From the NCBI GenBank assembly GCA_039798685.1, contig JBDKFM010000001.1, forward strand, positions 1 to 45,727: 45,727 nt of DNA. Direction: 5' to 3'. Made by a program: the position numbers and the translations under genes. Of this stretch, positions 8,130 through 16,553 are shown piece by piece (position 1 is the first letter of the stretch; the number at the start of each line of letters is the position of its first letter). The DNA is from Candidatus Parcubacteria bacterium. Its GTDB lineage: Bacteria; Patescibacteriota; Microgenomatia; Levybacterales; UBA12049. The notes under the pieces were generated by a model that was given only the letters and a program-made list of their open reading frames with translations, made no database searches and had not been told where the DNA came from.

Positions 8130-9681
8130 GAGTGCTTGTCGGAGGCGGAGGAGTCGGCGTATTGGATGGCGGAAGAGGAGTACTGGTCGGTAACGGCGTC
8201 ACAGTCGGTACGGGTGTATTTGTTGGGGTAGTTGTTGGGGACGGGGTATTTGTCGGAGCGGGTGCTGTGCAATAAAACTGCATTGTTGGAGAAAATGATG
8301 AAAATGTATTACAGGTACTACATGTCGCATACGCCCATTGCGCATAATATGTCTGCCCGGTCGTAAAGAGAAATCCAGTCGTATATGTCTGGGTACCACC
8401 TGGATTATTACTATTTACCGGACTTGCAGTATTACTCAGCATCTGTGTTCCTCCTTGCGTATTCCCAATTGTGAGAAGATACTGCTGCGCACTCGGTACA
8501 GCATTATTTGTATTAAATGAGATCTGCACCTGCCAGAGATTTGTTGAGGAATTTTGTGAGACACAAGTATTTGTCATACTATTTGTCTGGGGAGCCTGAG
8601 GCTGTGTTTGTGCATTAATCGTAAGCACCTCGCCCGAAGCAGGTGCGGCAACCGTCAGCACCTGCGACTGACTGACTGTTGAGCCATTGCTTACAAGATA
8701 CGCCTGAAAATCATAAGATTGTCCCGAAGTTGCTGAAGGATAACTCCATGAAACGCCATCACTCGGACTGATGTTTGATACAAATGTTGCAAACGTCGTT
8801 GTACCGGTTATCCTTGCTCCGACTGAGATACTGCTTCCGGAAACAGGACTTCCATTGAGATTAATCGAACCTGTAATAACGGTAGTCGCTGGCACTGGAG
8901 GAGTCGCTGTAGAATTTATCGTCAAAATTTCACCTGTCGCAGGGGCAATAACTTGTAGTGGCGTTGAGGTTGTGATCACTACACCATTTTGCACAAGTGA
9001 TGCCTGTACTGAATAAGACTGTCCGCTTAACGCAGTAGGTAAACTCCACGAGACTCCATCAGCTGCCGGAAGACCGGAGGCAAAAGAAGTAAATCCCGAT
9101 TGCCCCTCAGCCTGACTCGACAATGTAAGCGTTGCTCCTTGAGGTATGAATCCATTCAGATTGACAGTACCGGACAACGTCGTCTGCGTTTTTGATGGTG
9201 CAGAAGCGATGCTGAATTTCAATCTCTCTCCATCAGCAGGTGCAACAATCGTAATAATTCCAGATTTGACACTTATCCCCCCCTCAGCATTGAGTATCCC
9301 CTGAATCTCATATGGATCACCTGTTTTTGCTCCGGTCCAGCTCCATGCACCTCCATCAACTGCAGACAAGCTACGTGCAATGACATTAAAATCACTCGCA
9401 CCCACCTGCCTGGCAAGCACTGTGATGGTTGCAGACTGCGGAATCGGACCATTAATATCAAAATTTCCCGACAGCGTAGCGTTTCCAAACATCACAACAC
9501 TTTGCTTATTTTCCGGCTTCTGGTCACGACGTACATACAGATACCCCAACACTCCGGTCATGACAAGACTCACTATCACGACAAAACACAAAAGAAGCAC
9601 CATATGCTTTTTTATAAACTGGAAATGATCAACTTGAGACTCCACAGAAACAGGAACTGATGACAAAATTTGATCAGGCAT
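8119..9681 (-). CDS. Membrane-anchored surface protein with three tandem ~100-aa repeats, a Cys-containing C-terminal domain and a Pro/Thr-rich tail
   Basis: TM anchor at aa 27-49. Repeats at aa 68-158, 167-256 and 267-356 share LSG.(V/F).(L/I)NG.(I/P)P..A...DG(V/G)SWS...G.(S/P)Y..Q..L...G......I.APA.GE.L.I. Cys residues at aa 373, 454, 457 and 471. Tail APAPTNTPSPTTTPTNTPVPTVTPLPTSTPLPPSNTPTPPPPTSTPTS. Promoter TTGACA-17-AATACT sits 8 nt before the ATG. Confidence 0.8.
   Translation of the reverse strand: MPDQILSSVPVSVESQVDHFQFIKKHMVLLLCFVVIVSLVMTGVLGYLYVRRDQKPENKQSVVMFGNATLSGNFDINGPIPQSATITVLARQVGASDFNVIARSLSAVDGGAWSWTGAKTGDPYEIQGILNAEGGISVKSGIITIVAPADGERLKFSIASAPSKTQTTLSGTVNLNGFIPQGATLTLSSQAEGQSGFTSFASGLPAADGVSWSLPTALSGQSYSVQASLVQNGVVITTSTPLQVIAPATGEILTINSTATPPVPATTVITGSINLNGSPVSGSSISVGARITGTTTFATFVSNISPSDGVSWSYPSATSGQSYDFQAYLVSNGSTVSQSQVLTVAAPASGEVLTINAQTQPQAPQTNSMTNTCVSQNSSTNLWQVQISFNTNNAVPSAQQYLLTIGNTQGGTQMLSNTASPVNSNNPGGTQTYTTGFLFTTGQTYYAQWAYATCSTCNTFSSFSPTMQFYCTAPAPTNTPSPTTTPTNTPVPTVTPLPTSTPLPPSNTPTPPPPTSTPTS
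8614..9480 (-). repeat. Three in-frame tandem coding repeats (period ~99 codons) inside the surface protein gene
   Basis: By-eye protein self-alignment of aa 68-158, 167-256 and 267-356. The copies are diverged at DNA level. Confidence 0.75.
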
Positions 9682-9770
9682 TATCTATCAGTATTGCAAC
9701 TGCCGGGGTGGGTGTCAAATAGTTTGCGCATTTCATTTCATACGTATTTCTGATAGTATGATCCTCTACT

Positions 9771-10814
9771 ATGAAAAGGCGAAAAGGACTTCTCCGCCAA
9801 GGTTCACAAACAATCACAACGCTTGATGGTGCAAAAGAATATGCAAAACTGAGGGAAGAAATTACAAAAGCCGGCATTCTCGACAGGGATTATCGCTATT
9901 ATGCACTTCTTACTCTGTGTATCTTTGCAGGATACTTCTTCAGTGCATATCAAATATTCATCGCAACTTCTCCTGCACTCATCATCCTCTGGGGTCTCAG
10001 CTTCTCATTTTTTACCGTGCAGATTGCTGGAGTCATCCACGATGCAGGTCACAGAACTATTTTTAAATCTGTAAAAAATAATGACATTGCAGGAAATTTC
10101 TTGAGTTTTTTTGTTGGTCATGGCTATGCATTCTGGAGAGGAAAACACAATAAGCACCATGCGCATACAAATCAGGAAGGAGAAGATCCGGATGTAGAAC
10201 TTCCACTACTCTCATTTACCAAAGAAAGAGTACAAAACAAAAAAGGATTGGCAAAGCTACTGATACGCTATCAAGCGTATGTATATTATCCAATGGGAAT
10301 TCTGGTCGTCTTCTCGCCTAGAATCGGTGCGCTGCGTTATCTTAAAAATCACTTCAGTATGAAAATCTGGTGGGAATCACTTCTTTTTCTTGCCGGCATC
10401 TTCACATACTTTGTACTTCCGTTTTTCATCTTTGATCTAAGTAAAGCACTCATTCTTTTTGCAGCTGTAAATTTCTCAGGAGGTGTCTATCTGATTAATG
10501 TCTTTGCACCAAACCATAAAGGGATGCCACAGATCGACGATGGAGTAAAATTTTCATTTCTAGAGCAGCAGATCATCACATCCCGCAACATCAACGGTCA
10601 CTGGCTGACAGACTTTATATACATGGGACTCAATTATCAAATAGAGCACCATCTCTTCCCTAATACACCAAGAAACAAATTGAAACTTCTCACTCCATAC
10701 GTCAAAGAACTTTGCAGGAAGCGAAAACTTGAGTACACAAACGTCAGCTTTTTGGAGTCAAATAGAATCATTGTCTCAGAACTCAACAGTGTAGGCCGAT
10801 CACTGGCGGCTTAA
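9771..10814 (+). CDS. Membrane fatty-acid desaturase, front-end (DesD/delta-6-like) type without a cytochrome b5 domain
   Basis: Three histidine boxes: HDAGH, HNKHH and QIEHH (QxxHH third box). Four or more hydrophobic spans. Candidate -10 TATGAT (9757..9762) lies 8 nt before the ATG. Confidence 0.85.
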   Translation: MKRRKGLLRQGSQTITTLDGAKEYAKLREEITKAGILDRDYRYYALLTLCIFAGYFFSAYQIFIATSPALIILWGLSFSFFTVQIAGVIHDAGHRTIFKSVKNNDIAGNFLSFFVGHGYAFWRGKHNKHHAHTNQEGEDPDVELPLLSFTKERVQNKKGLAKLLIRYQAYVYYPMGILVVFSPRIGALRYLKNHFSMKIWWESLLFLAGIFTYFVLPFFIFDLSKALILFAAVNFSGGVYLINVFAPNHKGMPQIDDGVKFSFLEQQIITSRNINGHWLTDFIYMGLNYQIEHHLFPNTPRNKLKLLTPYVKELCRKRKLEYTNVSFLESNRIIVSELNSVGRSLAA

Positions 10815-11860
10815 CTCCCGACCTTCTTAAGGAGCGTATAGTAGCTTAATTTCGTTCTCCCGTGCTTCTGAAGGATATGCTTTTCGACCAATGATGAGAG
10901 GAGCGCGTGCGCTTGCTGTCTTGTGACTGACAATGCGCCTTCAATATCTGAAGTTTTGACCGCTTTTTTATTTATCACAATTTCCAACACCTGTTCCTCA
11001 CGCGGGGTTACCAAAACTCTCTTCTCACCCATAACCTCCTCGACACCTGCCTTCCGCATGAGCTCAATTCTGCCTGATGCTGCCTGCAGAGAATAAGCAA
11101 TTCCCTCCAGAAAATACTCAACCCACTGTGTTTCATCACCATCATCAGCCGTATGTAGTGAATCTGAGTAGAGATGTCTGTCGACATCATAGTAGTCATC
11201 AAGAATAAAATACCTTGCAACCTCATACTGCTTGAGTAGAAGATAATACGCTGTGAGTAGTCTCGCAAGACGTCCGTTTCCATCAAGAAACGGGTGTACA
11301 TAGACAAATTGGTGATGAAAAATTCCTGCCTTTATCATAGGATGCAGTTCATCCTCCTGCATGAGCCACGTATATCTTACTGAGAGTGCTTTTTCAATCT
11401 CGTCTCGTGTATGAAACGGAGGATTATGTTTCACAACAAGCTGCCCTTTTTCTTTATGCCCTACAAAAACTCCGCTATCTCTAAATTCTCCGAGATCATT
11501 TGTCTCCAAGCCATCCATAAGCTCTTTATGCAACTCCCGCGTCAGCTTCGTATCTATAGGAACTCTCCGCCTCTGCAGATCAAATAGCCTCGTCAGAACT
11601 GAAAAGTAATTTTTTACCTCACGATCGGGTTTAGTCGTAGCTACCTGATCTCCGAGAATAATATTTGTTACATCAAGCGTCGAGAGCGGATTACCCTCAA
11701 TACTGGTTGAGTAGTGTGTTGCGAGGATTTGGTTTTCCGTGGCTAACTGAAGCGCAAGAGACGGAATGAGCTTCTCAGCAGCTATTTTGCCGTACAAACG
11801 CTCGATTTTGGATATATCGTTTATTGTGCGTAATGTGAGGGTAAACTTAGGCTCAAACAT
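10811..11860 (-). CDS. Fic family protein (AMPylase-type, class II with N-terminal inhibitory helix) plus C-terminal winged-helix domain
   Basis: Canonical active site HPFLDGNGRLAR. Inhibitory motif (S/T)xxxE(G/N) present as STSIEGN upstream of it. C-terminal wHTH-like segment VLEIVINKKAVKTSDIEGALSVTRQQAHALLSSLVEKHIL. Stop shares the TTAA tetranucleotide with the convergent desaturase stop. Confidence 0.92.
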   Translation of the reverse strand: MFEPKFTLTLRTINDISKIERLYGKIAAEKLIPSLALQLATENQILATHYSTSIEGNPLSTLDVTNIILGDQVATTKPDREVKNYFSVLTRLFDLQRRRVPIDTKLTRELHKELMDGLETNDLGEFRDSGVFVGHKEKGQLVVKHNPPFHTRDEIEKALSVRYTWLMQEDELHPMIKAGIFHHQFVYVHPFLDGNGRLARLLTAYYLLLKQYEVARYFILDDYYDVDRHLYSDSLHTADDGDETQWVEYFLEGIAYSLQAASGRIELMRKAGVEEVMGEKRVLVTPREEQVLEIVINKKAVKTSDIEGALSVTRQQAHALLSSLVEKHILQKHGRTKLSYYTLLKKVGS

Positions 11861-11874
11861 GGCAGATTTCAGCT

Positions 11875-11903
11875 ATGATAGCATATGTAAAGCTATTTGT
11901 CAA
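11875..11903 (-). promoter_or_regulatory. Sigma70-type promoter of the Fic gene
   Basis: Minus strand TTGACA (11903..11898), 17-nt spacer, TATCAT (11880..11875), then 14 nt to ATG 11860. No SD. Confidence 0.6.
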
Positions 11904-11981
11904 TATATATGTAAACTATGAGCTAAAATAAGGGATTTGAGGCTAAATAATTGTAAATATATATGTAAATGTATATGTAAA
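11882..11981. repeat. Five direct copies of (T)ATATGTAAA in the Fic promoter region
   Basis: CATATGTAAA at 11882, TATATGTAAA at 11906, 11960 and 11972, and ATTGTAAA at 11950. Copy 1 lies in the -10/-35 spacer, copy 2 just upstream of the -35, and the last three form a 12-nt-phased cluster abutting the stop of the upstream gene. Confidence 0.7.
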
Positions 11982-13649
11982 CTAAATTTGAGGAATCTCA
12001 GCCGTAACCGAAACAATCCCATTCTCAGGATCCATTATCTGTGAGAGCATGTAAAAAGGATCTTCAGGGATGATATCTGTTCCAGGAATAGGTTCCGCGA
12101 GTACAAGCATATGCGTTCCATGATCTATTGCATCAAAAAATGCGACCTGGATGCCTGAATCAGGATCCTGTACGCCATGTGAACGGAGCGCAGCATCAGT
12201 ACTCGCACCAAACTGAATGTCCTTCCCGCATCCCACAGGATAGGGATATTCTTCAAGGTTTGCAGGAATATATTCAAGCATATTTTGCACCTTTGCTCCG
12301 TGTATCTCTGCTGCTCTTACTTCCTCAACCGTACCGTGAAAATGCACAAATCCTCTCACGCGCTTCATTCTCAGAGAACCATTCTCATCTCTCCTGTACC
12401 CGATAAGCTTCCCTTCTCTGATGACTGGTTCAACAGTGATACTGGGTGAATTTCTGTAGACAGATGCCATCTCATCAAACTCAATTGAGGGCATTTTTTC
12501 TTTCACACCAGAAACACCCAATGCATATCGATTAAACTTATAGAGATTCAACGGATCTTCAGATGTCGAATCACCATCTTTCGAAACAATTGAGACATAC
12601 ATACTCCCTTCTCTTCCCATATTTCGTTTATCGAGATTAATATTATTCCGTCCTGAAATTGTTGACAAAATCAGTCCGTCATCATCACCCATGTCATACC
12701 CATCAGGAGCTATGATACTGACATCGTGAGCTGACGCAGCAGATTCACTCTGCCTCCCCCAACCAAGTAGTTTTTGTGCCAATGCTGCTCTCTGACTACT
12801 GACAACTGATCCAACCTCAAACGGACCATCAATATATTTCCACTCTCCGAATTTTCTGAGAATACCGGATATATAATCAGGCATCTTTGATGCATCTGCA
12901 TCTTCTGCGGGGATAGCTTCCTTAACGAAGGTATAACTCCCTGACTCGACGGCACAGGCGTGCGTAACCATCCGATCTCTAAATCTATCTATTCCACCTT
13001 CTTCTAATACATTTTCAGTACCCAATCCCCCTTCAAGTGTCGCAAATGACATCTGACCCTGATCGTTGATAAATACTAACTTAAGCGCACCAAGACTTCC
13101 CATCGTTCGTCTCACTAGCTGCTCCATGTCGCGCTTTTTCAAACCTGTCAAGTCTTCAGGAGTATTAACAACTATTGTGTAGCTTTTATGAAGAGCATTT
13201 ACACCATAATCTTTTGAAGCCCTCATAACCATCGGGGGAACTTCAGGTATCCTGTCCCATAACGATCCGTCACCCTCAGGAATATCGAAAAATCCGACGA
13301 TCATATCTGACGATTCACTTGGCACTCCAGGGGTACCATGGCTCTCCCCATTTATAACCTGATTCCCAAGTGACGAAGTAAGCTGATCTTTAAATCGTTG
13401 ATTTGTAGGACTAAGCACGGTCCCTTCAGGAATATCAAAGTCCAACTGAATCGGTTTAGCCCACCAGCAATCTTCTATGTGCCTCTCCATAGATTTTGCT
13501 TGATCAAAAAGAAGATCCATCGGTCGAAGAGACGCATTGCTCGGCAACAACTTTAATTCAGGTAGGGGAAGAGCAGGAGTTGCCGAACCACCGCGTCTAT
13601 CAAAGGGAGCCAAATGAACTGATTCATGCATTGCTTCAATTTGTCTCAT
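11982..13649 (-). CDS. Large cytoplasmic hypothetical protein (555 aa from the preferred start; 569 aa in the ORF track), no recognisable family
   Basis: Long uninterrupted ORF with no TM segments and an acidic composition. FDIPEG occurs twice (DFDIPEGTVLS, FFDIPEGDGSLW). Preferred start is ATG 13649 (MRQIEAMHESV), because a perfect extended -10 TGATATAAT (13671..13663) lies inside the longer ORF-track form starting at 13691. Confidence 0.7.
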   Translation of the reverse strand: MRQIEAMHESVHLAPFDRRGGSATPALPLPELKLLPSNASLRPMDLLFDQAKSMERHIEDCWWAKPIQLDFDIPEGTVLSPTNQRFKDQLTSSLGNQVINGESHGTPGVPSESSDMIVGFFDIPEGDGSLWDRIPEVPPMVMRASKDYGVNALHKSYTIVVNTPEDLTGLKKRDMEQLVRRTMGSLGALKLVFINDQGQMSFATLEGGLGTENVLEEGGIDRFRDRMVTHACAVESGSYTFVKEAIPAEDADASKMPDYISGILRKFGEWKYIDGPFEVGSVVSSQRAALAQKLLGWGRQSESAASAHDVSIIAPDGYDMGDDDGLILSTISGRNNINLDKRNMGREGSMYVSIVSKDGDSTSEDPLNLYKFNRYALGVSGVKEKMPSIEFDEMASVYRNSPSITVEPVIREGKLIGYRRDENGSLRMKRVRGFVHFHGTVEEVRAAEIHGAKVQNMLEYIPANLEEYPYPVGCGKDIQFGASTDAALRSHGVQDPDSGIQVAFFDAIDHGTHMLVLAEPIPGTDIIPEDPFYMLSQIMDPENGIVSVTAEIPQI

Positions 13650-13662
13650 AATAAACACCGTG

Positions 13663-13671
13663 ATTATATCA
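13663..13671 (-). promoter_or_regulatory. Extended -10 promoter element (TGnTATAAT) for the 555-aa orphan gene
   Basis: Minus strand TGATATAAT, then 13 nt to ATG 13649. Confidence 0.5.
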
Positions 13672-13695
13672 CGCGTAGAATTCTGAGGCATTTAT

Positions 13696-13724
13696 TTGAC
13701 TTCACCCTCTAGAAAAGGTATCTT
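13696..13724 (+). promoter_or_regulatory. Sigma70-type promoter giving a leaderless greA transcript
   Basis: TTGACT (13696..13701), 17-nt spacer, TATCTT (13719..13724), then 6 nt to ATG 13731. Confidence 0.6.
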
Positions 13725-13730
13725 CAGAGC

Positions 13731-14186
13731 ATGAAAGCACTACGATTTACCAAACAGGGCTATGAAGACCTTCAGAAAAAATATCAGGAAACATTGGCAT
13801 CACGTCCTGACGCAGTTGAGCATCTGCGTAAATCCCGAGAGATGGGCGATCTTAGTGAAAACGGTTATTATAAATCTTCACGTGCAAAGCTCTCATTTAT
13901 CGACCGGCAATTGCGAGAAATGTCTTCTTCTCTAAAACGTGCGACAGTCATCAGTACACACAACAACACAACGATCGGGATAGGTTGCAAGGTAACGTTA
14001 GAAATTGACGGTACAGTTGAACATTTTGAGATTGTAGGGGATATGGAGGCAGATCCTGGAAACGGAAAGATCTCACTTCTCTCTCCATTAGGATCTGTCC
14101 TTAATGGAAAAACAAAAAATGATACTGCAATCCTTAAGGCTCCCTCCGGAGAACGACACTATTCAATAAAAGATATCAATTACTAA
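13731..14186 (+). CDS. greA: Transcription elongation factor GreA
   Basis: 151 aa. N-terminal coiled-coil with GDLSENGYYKSSRAKLSFIDRQLREM, plus a C-terminal globular domain. Typical GreA/GreB layout. Confidence 0.88.
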   Translation: MKALRFTKQGYEDLQKKYQETLASRPDAVEHLRKSREMGDLSENGYYKSSRAKLSFIDRQLREMSSSLKRATVISTHNNTTIGIGCKVTLEIDGTVEHFEIVGDMEADPGNGKISLLSPLGSVLNGKTKNDTAILKAPSGERHYSIKDINY

Positions 14187-14242
14187 TCCTTACAAAACTC
14201 AAAAAAAAGTATGTTATCATACTGTACGATCTCCTCTGTGTC

Positions 14243-15343
14243 ATGAAAAACTCCCTGATCACCGCTTCGTTCATAATCGGACTTCTCATCGTGAGCTCCC
14301 TACTCCAAGCGTTTTTAAACTTTTTCTTTGACAAAGAAGCGATCTATCTTTTCTTTTTTCCGGTCATCTTCGTAGTCGCCTGGAAAAAGGGGGCAAAACC
14401 CGGCATAGCGACAAGCGCAGCTGCCTCGCTGATCGTCTTTTATTTTTTCTTTCCGCGTCTTGATTCACTGAGCGCGGCGCATGCACACACCATCGTTGAG
14501 GTCTATATTTTTCTCCTTCAGGGAATTGCACTTAGTGTGTTTATAAATAAAGCAAAACAATATGATGTTGTCGGGTATTATAAACTGAGAGAAGAGGCAT
14601 TTTCGAAAAAATATTCTGAACTTGAGAAACGCTTTCAAGAAGCTCAAGAAGATATTCGGGCACGTGATGAATTCCTTTCCATCGCATCACACGAGCTTAA
14701 AACACCTCTGACATCGATGCTCCTCCAACTCCAAACTGCTCTCCATAATATTCAGAACGTGTCTCTTGCGAATTTTTCCGTTGAACACCTCCTAAAAATG
14801 CTTGAAAGCGTACAGAGACAAACAAGCAGACTCTCAAAAATGATCAACGACCTCCTCAACGTATCACTCATGACGACAAGAAAACTCGAACTAGAACCGG
14901 AAGAGTTCGACCTCTCTGCACTCACAAAAGAAGTAGTCGAGAGTTTTTCAGAAAAAATCATACGCGAAGGATATGAGATAGCAATTCACGCAGATACACC
15001 TGTTGTCGGAGAGTGGGACAAAGTAAGAATAGAACAGGCGCTGACAAATCTCCTCTCAAATGCAATTAAGTATGGGGACGCAAAACCGATTGTCATCACT
15101 GTAAAGGAGATCAGCAATTACGCGGTAGTAACTGTCGCTGATCATGGTATAGGAATTCCAGGCAAGGAAAAAGACAAAATATTTGAGTTATTCCAGAGAG
15201 GAGGCGCATCAGAGAAGTATAAGGGACTTGGTGTTGGTTTATACATTACCGACCAAATTATTGAGGCTCACAAAGGCAAGATACATGTAAAATCACGGGA
15301 GCATCATGGAACATCATTCACGATAGAGCTACCGATGAAGTGA
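14243..15343 (+). CDS. Sensor histidine kinase (membrane N-terminus, HisKA, HATPase_c)
   Basis: H-box SIASHELKTPLTS, N-box LLSNAIKYG, G1 DHGIGIP, G2 GLGVGLYI. Three to four N-terminal TM spans. No response regulator in the window. Confidence 0.9.
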   Translation: MKNSLITASFIIGLLIVSSLLQAFLNFFFDKEAIYLFFFPVIFVVAWKKGAKPGIATSAAASLIVFYFFFPRLDSLSAAHAHTIVEVYIFLLQGIALSVFINKAKQYDVVGYYKLREEAFSKKYSELEKRFQEAQEDIRARDEFLSIASHELKTPLTSMLLQLQTALHNIQNVSLANFSVEHLLKMLESVQRQTSRLSKMINDLLNVSLMTTRKLELEPEEFDLSALTKEVVESFSEKIIREGYEIAIHADTPVVGEWDKVRIEQALTNLLSNAIKYGDAKPIVITVKEISNYAVVTVADHGIGIPGKEKDKIFELFQRGGASEKYKGLGVGLYITDQIIEAHKGKIHVKSREHHGTSFTIELPMK

Positions 15344-15350
15344 CGGGTAT

Positions 15351-16553
15351 TTATTCGACAAACGTCAATGCGATACCTGTCTTGTTTGCTCTTCCGGTTC
15401 TCCCGATCCTATGTATGTAGTCTTCATACGTTGCCGGCATATCAAAATTGATGACATGACTCACATCGCTTATATCCAAACCCCGTGATGCGACGTCTGT
15501 TGCGAGGAGAATCTGTATATCATTCCTCTTAAATTGATCAAGTGTTTTCTGTCGCTGGCTTTGCCTCTTGTTTCCGTGAATAGCGGCTGCTTTAAATCCC
15601 CGCCTGACCAGTTCATCAGAAAGTTTCTGGACACCCCATTTTGTACGACCGAAGATAAGCACCTTTTCATATTCTTTTTGATTTAAGAGATCATGGAGCT
15701 GGTCAACTTTTCTCCCTTTATTCACGACTTTGACAATATTCTGTTGCACATTGACTGCGGTATCCTGTACTTTTACTGACACAGTCACAGGATTATTCAC
15801 AAACGCCTGTAATACCTCTTTCACTTTACCGTCAATTGTTGCTGAGAAAAAGAGCGACTGCCTATCACTTGGAAGAAGAGAGATAAGAAACTTAATATCC
15901 TGAATAAATCCAATATCCACCATATGATCAGCCTCATCAAGTACAACATGAGTGAATCCAGAGAGATCAAGATTTCTTCCCTGCACAAGATCCTTCAATC
16001 TTCCCGGAGTACCAATCACAAAATTAAACTGTCTTTTCAGATCACTTTTCTGACGAAAGATATTTACCCCACCGATACAAAGCACTGAATAAATCCCGAG
16101 ATTTTTTGCAAAACCAAAAAACTCATCCCTAATCTGTACGGCGAGCTCACGGGTTGGAGCGACTACAAGTATCCTATTATTTTTATCTTCAAGAACTTTT
16201 TGAATAAGAGGTATCAAAAACGCCGCTGTCTTTCCGGTTCCTGTATTTGCAATACCGATAATATCTCTTCCTTCAAGAATCGGAACGATTGATTTATCCT
16301 GAATCGGTGTCGGGGTCGTATAATTTTTTCTGGCTATATTTTCAATTAATACCGGAAGCAATGGAAATGCTGAAAAAACCTCATGTTTTTGGACATGCTC
16401 GTCAAGTACAACTGGCTTCGCAACAACACCCCGTGAGATGATATGTGTCGGGTCAAATGTTTTATTATTCCGCATAGGACGAGAGACACCTCTTTGTTGA
16501 TATTGAGATCCCCTACTAAACCGACGGTTATTATTTGTTCGATTGTTATACAT
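15351..16553 (-). CDS. DEAD-box ATP-dependent RNA helicase with an N/R-rich N-terminal extension
   Basis: Q-motif TPTPIQ, motif I ANTGTGKTAAF, motif II VLDEADHM, SAT, and motif VI HRIGRTGRA. The first ATG is at 16553 (MYNNRTNNNRRF); the ORF track extends to a TTG at 16571. Confidence 0.92.
   Translation of the reverse strand: MYNNRTNNNRRFSRGSQYQQRGVSRPMRNNKTFDPTHIISRGVVAKPVVLDEHVQKHEVFSAFPLLPVLIENIARKNYTTPTPIQDKSIVPILEGRDIIGIANTGTGKTAAFLIPLIQKVLEDKNNRILVVAPTRELAVQIRDEFFGFAKNLGIYSVLCIGGVNIFRQKSDLKRQFNFVIGTPGRLKDLVQGRNLDLSGFTHVVLDEADHMVDIGFIQDIKFLISLLPSDRQSLFFSATIDGKVKEVLQAFVNNPVTVSVKVQDTAVNVQQNIVKVVNKGRKVDQLHDLLNQKEYEKVLIFGRTKWGVQKLSDELVRRGFKAAAIHGNKRQSQRQKTLDQFKRNDIQILLATDVASRGLDISDVSHVINFDMPATYEDYIHRIGRTGRANKTGIALTFVE

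Noticed and set aside
8119-9681. Diversity-generating retroelement target, because of the variable C-terminal domain of the surface protein.
   Set aside because: There is no reverse transcriptase gene, no template-repeat candidate in nearby non-coding DNA and no adenine-specific mismatch pair visible in the window.
11882-11981. Possible CRISPR-like or other spaced repeat array.
   Set aside because: The repeat unit is only 10 nt with irregular 12-44 nt phasing. It sits on a promoter, and no cas genes are present. It is interpreted as operator/iteron-like, not CRISPR.
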